Below are positions 57,777 through 64,000 of a stretch of 64,000 nucleotides of DNA, piece after piece. Position 1 is the first letter of the stretch. Every line of letters begins with the position of its first letter. The notes under the pieces are model-generated. The model was not told the origin of the DNA, made no database searches, and was given only the letters and a program-made list of their open reading frames with translations. The DNA comes from Squalus acanthias (lineage: Eukaryota): contig CM059438.1 of assembly GCA_030390025.1 (NCBI GenBank), positions 88,288,001-88,352,000 of the forward strand, in the 5' to 3' direction. The position numbers were made by a program, and so were the translations under genes.

Positions 57777-59964
57777 CACACAATTTCCCGATGAGTCTGG
57801 GCATCCATTTATAAATATTCAGGAGTCTCAAGATGCTTTGAGATGGTGTTGTCATCCCACAGATACCCACTGCTGTAATGTTAACTCTGACCCATTTAGT
57901 AAGTGAAAGCCTGAACATGACTAACTGCAATAATAGAGGTGTTCAGGGTAGGAGGGGAGGAAATGTCCAGTCTTGCTGCATTCTCGATTCAGTTACATCC
58001 ATTGTAGTCCCAAGCCCCAAGTGGTTTTACAGCTTTTAACCATTACAGAATTAGGGACAGCCTGATTCACAGAAAACAGTAGGGCCAATTTACAAGGGCA
58101 CAATGGTCACAAAGTTAAAGCTACTGTGGAACTTTACCTGTGGTGGGCGATGACTGTTCCTTAAACAGGGAGAACCCTGCTCCTTTGATGGCTGAGAGAG
58201 TTTATCCAGCAAGTAGCTGAGCCACACAAAGATAAGACAAGCTAGTGCAGGTGGCAGATGCAATTTAATGTGGGCAAGTTGAGGCGATATATTTTGGGAG
58301 AAAAAAAACACAAGGAATGGGAAGACACTGAAGGGTGTGGATGAACCTTAAGGTTGACGTTCAGGTTCAAATGCATAGTTACCTGAAAGTGAGTGTAAAT
58401 AGATAAAGCCATGAAAATGCCCCATAGAATGTGGGGTTTTATAAATAGGGACAAAGTACAAGAGTAAAGAAGCAATGATGAATTTATAGGAAATATTGGT
58501 TAGATCAGTTAGAGCTGGGTGTGCAGTTTTGGGTGTGTCATTATTTTCCAGAGATGGGAAACTATATTAATGACAAGAGACTTGAGTAACTGGAACTATT
58601 TCCACTGGAGCAGAGCAGGCTCAGAGGAGAAAAGAAAGACTTGCATTGAAGTAGCATCTTTCACGACCACAGGATATCCCAAAGCACTTCATAGTGCGGA
58701 ACTAGTGGGCAAGTACAGCAAGTTCATGCCGTTGCAGTCATTTCAATGCAGAGTCTATCAGTGCACCCTGTGGAGGAGCAGGGTATCTCGGATGCCAATT
58801 TCTGCATATTTTTTATTCGTTCACGGGATGTGGACGTCACTGGCAAAGCCGGCATTTACTGCCCATTCCTAATTGCCCTTGAGAAAGTGGTGGTGAGCCG
58901 CCAGTTTAACTGCGCATGTGCGTACTCCAGAAGTCAGATTTCCTCCATTATAACGGTGAGCGCTGAGAGCCTCACCATTATTCTCATCTCAAATTCTGGG
59001 CCATAATTTCCTTTGTACTGCACTAGAGTTAGCTTAAATTATGCACTCAAGTCTTGGTGTGGGGCATGAAATCCAACCTGCTGTCCCAGAGGTGACAGGG
59101 CCTCTAACCACATTAAGGCTTTTTAAAAAAATAAATATCTTTCTGCATTCAACTTGACTGATTGCTAATGCACTATAAAGAATAATTTAGCACACAGAAC
59201 AGCCACACCCTATTACAGTGAGGAGCCACTTTTTTATGGCTATGCCATTTAACAACGCAAACGAAATGAGAAAGCACTATTCAGCCTTTGAAGGCCATTC
59301 CCTTGGCAGATCACAACTATTTGCCCCAATAAAAGACTACACTTTACCCAACCTATGTAATTACTTGGAGGGAGGACAAGCACCATTTAAGCCACCACAA
59401 AAATTAACTTGGTGACATTTCTCTCCTGGCTATCAATCTAAAGAGACAACATTCGCTATTTAAATTACGTTTTCGCAGATGACTATTATAGTCTAGTGAT
59501 TTATAGTTTTGCATTTTCTACAGTGCACAGGAATCATGTTTGCAGAGAATCACCTAGTTCTATAAAGTACATATCCCTTGCATAACCTTTAATTCTGTAC
59601 TACCGCCCATCAGCTTTCCCATCACAGTCCATACATAACTGGTTTGCATCTACAGTATTAACACCGTGCCATAATTTTAAAGATCTGGATTCTGTAACCT
59701 GCTTTTCATACATGAAAAGCCTAAGGCTCTGATCACAAGTCATTCCCTGAACATTCTCCAATGCATCAGTGTTCTTTTAATAAAAATAGAAAACACACCC
59801 AATGTTAGCCTGTCATTTCTCTTTACAGATACTGACGGACCAGTTGTGTACTTAGCATTTTCTGTTGTTTCAAATTTCCAGCATTTAGAGCTTTCTTCCT
59901 TTTCATCTTTAGCATTCTTTTAAAAAAGGTAGAGTACCTAACATTTCACGCAATATTCTAAATC

Positions 59965-60292
59965 AGTCTTTCGGATGAGATGTTAAACCGAGGCCCCGTC
60001 TGCTCTCTCAGGTGGATGTAAAAGATCCCACGGCACTATTTCAAAGAAGAGCAGGGGAGTTCTCCCCGGCGTCCTGGCCAATATTTATCCCTCAATCAAC
60101 ATAACAAAAACAGATTATCTAGTCATTATCACATTGCTGTTTGTGGGAGCTTGCTGTGCACAAATTGGCTGCCACGTTTCCCACATTACAACAGTGATTA
60201 AACTTCAAAAAAGTACTTTATTGGCTGTAAAAGCACTTTGGGACATCTGGTGGTCATGAAAGGCGCTATATAAATGCAAGTCTTTCTTTCTA
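59965..60292 (+). mobile_element. DeuSINE (SacSINE1-like), 5'-truncated
   Basis: gtctttcggatgagatgttaaaccgaggccccgtc...ggcgctatataaatgcaagtctttctttc. Confidence 0.88.
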
Positions 60293-62888
60293 AATGTGGC
60301 TGTACCAGTAAGCTGTATCGAGTCATAATAGTCTGTTAACTTATAATGAAATGACCGTTGGATGCAGCCCAGACAGCAGCTAGACATTAATCGGAGACTC
60401 TACAGTGAACGGTATGGTCTGTATTACATTTGGATTCTTTTCCATCTTTGCTAATGGACACCGGTGTACCCAAGTTTTGTGTTTCCTCTTCCAATATACA
60501 CTAAAATCCTTAGGCCATTCATTTATTCAAATCTCCTTTCAACTAATTACTTGTCCACGTATAGTCTACTCCTCAATTCATTCGAATTCTTTTTAAAGCA
60601 CTAAATTCCCAATTTTTTCCAGTTCTGAGGAAAGGTCATCAACCTGAAACGTTAACTCTGCTTCTCTCTCCACAGATGCTCAGCAGGCCAGGCAGCAGAT
60701 TCCCTGTAATTTTTTTGGGGCCGTGCAGCCCATTCAAAATTCCGCGCATGCGCTTTCCCCCCCCCTAATTTAAAAGCAGGCTCACCGGCTGCGCGAGGCA
60801 CCTACAGCGCTGCGCTGCTTAAAGGGAACATTGCTGCTGAGTATTTCCAGCATTTTCTGTTTTTTATTGGTGTTGTTTACTTTGTTTAACTCAAGAGTAT
60901 TGGATAATTTGCATTTTTAGTGTAAAACACAACTTTGAAGTAGATTTTATTTCCCAGATTCGAACAGATTAAATAATGACCAGCACAGAAAAGAGAGTTC
61001 ATTGATAAAACAAAGTTTTAAAAAAAATTCCCTGAAAAATACTTTTGGCTAGTGATGACTATTACCTCAAAAAGGACGATATCAATTATTTTGGATTGCA
61101 TTTTAGTAACAGTCTGGAAATCTTTGCTGAACCTTACGGTCACTACTCAGCTGCGCCTGAACAAAATGTGACAAACTATTATCCACTGGAAGCTCCTGTG
61201 CTACAACGGTGCTAGTTCAAAGCTTTGGGGGCTCTAAAGATGTTTCCTCATTGCCACTCTGATGGATTTCTCCGATTTTGTTTTTGTCCAATTGTGCTCG
61301 TTTGAGTTCTGCAGCAGAAAGCGGCTGTGTAACCATGTCTCACGCATGCCCGAGTTAACATGTGGGTCACTAACTGAATTTACAGTGCTATGATTGGCTG
61401 CTGAATTTCAGCATGTGCCAAACCACTCAGGCTTCCAATGAAAATACTGGCACTGCAGCACTCACCGAGACTGCAAAGATGATTTAATGTGGTCAAACTG
61501 AACTCAAGGTACAATAGAATAGGGTGGATGTGTTCTATTGAGCAGGTACAGTGTGTTATTTTACGTCAGAGAAATACTCCATCAATTGGGAATGTTCAAG
61601 CCGACGTAAGTTTACACTGGATAGAACAGAAGTGGACAAATGCATTACCTGGTGTGGTACTGACCCATACCAAGCTGAAAGGATGCAGGCTCAGACGAGG
61701 ACATTATAGCTGGCCTCATTACCCCTGGGCTGAGGGGAAGGGATAAGCTCTTGTGGGATCGCAAAATAGGCCTGTGAAACAATGCCTGAATCCACTAGTC
61801 TTTAAATATATATTAACCAAGGCTGTAGGGCGATAATATTAGAAATCATGTTTAAAGGATGGTTAGTTCACTTATAGAGATATTTTAAAGGCGTACATAT
61901 AGCCTTGATAGTTGCAAAGCATGATGGACTATTTTGTCCATTATATTAACCCTTTTAAAATAGTACTGTAAGAATCGCTGCTTACAACAAGAAGCCAGAC
62001 TATTGGTGCCACAGCACTGATTTCCAGGCATTACAGAATGTCGTTATCAGTGCTACAGAAGCAGTGTTTATATGTAGTTGGCCTTCTGAAGAGATAAGGG
62101 AAACTGAACTGTACAGGGAGTTGGCCATTTCTCTCTTGGCCTCAAACACCTCATCTCCCTTTGGAGCTGACATTGTTTATCATAATAAGCTTCTCTCGAG
62201 AATTAACGAAGTATTGGTCAGATACAACAATATGGGAAAGGAAAGAGAAGTGTGGTACGACCTTGTTTGAGAGACAAGATGGAGTCTGGTAGACCTCGCT
62301 CCCAAAGACTAGATGAAGGCCCCATGTATAACAACTATGTGTTATGTTCAATGTCACAGAACATTTCAGGGCGGCTCCCAACATTGAGTGACTGATCATT
62401 AACCAATAAAGGGAGCAATGGTAGCGACGCTGTTTGTATGTGTACGCCCACTTTTGTAGCCGGTGGGTGTTGCCTATCGAAAGGTATATCAATGCTTGTA
62501 TGTAGTTTTTCCTTTGAGAGTTAGGTGCGAGTCTGAGGAGACCAACCTCTCTCCCTTTGTGCACAAGGTCTTCTGGCTGGTTTCTAATAAACTTTTACTT
62601 TTTGTCTTCAGTTCCGTCTCCGTTTGGTTTTGCTCCAAAAATTCGAATCTAACACTCTTGACTGGCACAATTTCACAGGTAGATCGAATGAGCAGTGTGG
62701 TTCTTGCTGCTTTTGATCTCACGCCAGAAACACACAGGCACAATTTAAAATATTACATGGAGCTCATGATTGCAGCTGCGGAGAACTGACGAAATAAATG
62801 AAAAAGATATGGAAACTATCTTAGAGTGAATACAATGGCCTTTGATGAGTTAGCTTTAAAGGATCATCTAGAAACTATTCAAAATTAT

Positions 62889-63590
62889 GGCCCATAATTT
62901 GTGGTCAGCGGTGAAGCGAAGGCATTTGCCGCTGGCCCCGAAGTAAGCTTCCCACAAAGATCTCAATCTCTGTGGCGAGAGGTTCGGCTTTTCCGACGTG
63001 CAGTTGAAATCAACGTAGTGTAGTGGGAATCCCATAGTGCGAGCTGCTGACGTCAACAAGCTGTCTACGCAGCCAATCACAATGCAGAATTCTCACAGAC
63101 CGGGAACCAGGAAATAGAAAGCACTCAAACACTTTAAAAAATGTTTTAATTTATTAAAAAATTTATATTTATTAACTTTTAAATCCAAGTATTTTTAACT
63201 TAAATGGAGAAACTTGACATCCCACCAATATAAAATTAGTTTTTCATGGCCAGAACGGTTGTTTATCAGGAGTTAGAACTGAGATCACTGTTAAAAACCC
63301 AGTCACACCTCATTTGTATGGGTCTAACCTTTTATGGGGTTTCGAACAGCGACATTTGTTTGGAAAAGGGGAAGTTTTGTCAGATCGTCATTTTGTTTGG
63401 TTGGGGGGGGGGGGGGGGGGGGGGGGTTGACAGCGCAGCCTGTGGAGGAGCAGTGAATGACAGACCGCAACTTCAGGATTTCTGCGTTAAGCGGCGCATG
63501 CGATAAATCCTGAAGTTGCAGTCAGTTTCAAAGGCGAAATGACGGCGAACGCTGCCAGTTCGCCCTCATCAGGACCGCAAGTTCCGGGCC
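62889..63590. mobile_element. Non-autonomous PIF/Harbinger-like element
   Basis: Imperfect TIRs GGCCCATAATTTGTGGTC / GACCGCAAGTTCCGGGCC; CpG-rich arms and AT-rich centre, same layout as 22271-23029. Confidence 0.65.
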
Positions 63591-64000
63591 GATATTCCTA
63601 GTACAAGTATTAATACTATTGCTTGATTTCTTCTTTCAGGGAAGAAACTTCATGTCCCTAAAGTAGAGAATCAAAAGGTAGCACGGGATGAAAGTCTATA
63701 CAAGGGCTCTGAATGGATTGGGATGGTTTTATCTCGCTGTGAATTTTCTTATTAGGTGATTTACGAGTATGGTAATGAGGAAACCACGATCCTGAATCAA
63801 ATGGCTGAGGAAGTCACGCATTATGCAATCTCATAAGTACCATGGATCTGGCAAGCCTATGGGAAGCCATAGATGCCTCACACCAGCTGACGAGCAAGCG
63901 ATTCACTAAATCAGGTGACCAGCTGACACAAGATTCCACAGCCCAAAAGATCAGAGGTGACTCTAAGGATACAAGATGAGATATAAAGCGAGTGACTTCT

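Noticed and set aside
63403-63426. Poly-G/C runs (also about 17125-17141 and 52878-52894) as G-quadruplex elements
   Set aside because: Simple homopolymers, mostly within or near repeats, with no supporting context; lengths may be unreliable.

Overview
Vertebrate genomic DNA, most likely from a shark or other cartilaginous fish, judged from its DeuSINE/SacSINE1-like, HE1/V-SINE-like, LF-SINE-like, CR1, L2 and Penelope-like repeats. All host genes are on the minus strand. In transcription order (right to left) they are: about 23 kb of repeat-rich upstream/intronic sequence; a highly conserved LRRC8A/SWELL1 (coding exons 38811-40982 and 37177-37452, 815 aa); two intact, strongly diverged LRRC8 paralogues, each with a single coding exon (17732-20227, 831 aa; 8045-10462, 805 aa); and the first two coding exons of PHYHD1 (2324-2350, 147-305). 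In human, LRRC8A and PHYHD1 are direct neighbours. The two extra genes carry LRRC8D-type signatures, share derived motifs with each other, and differ at pore-lining positions. They are the best candidate here for an undescribed system: extra VRAC (volume-regulated anion/organic osmolyte channel) subunits clustered with the obligatory subunit. Family assignments and residue numbering come from recalled reference sequences, not database searches. Repeat boundaries are approximate unless a TSD or TIR is quoted.
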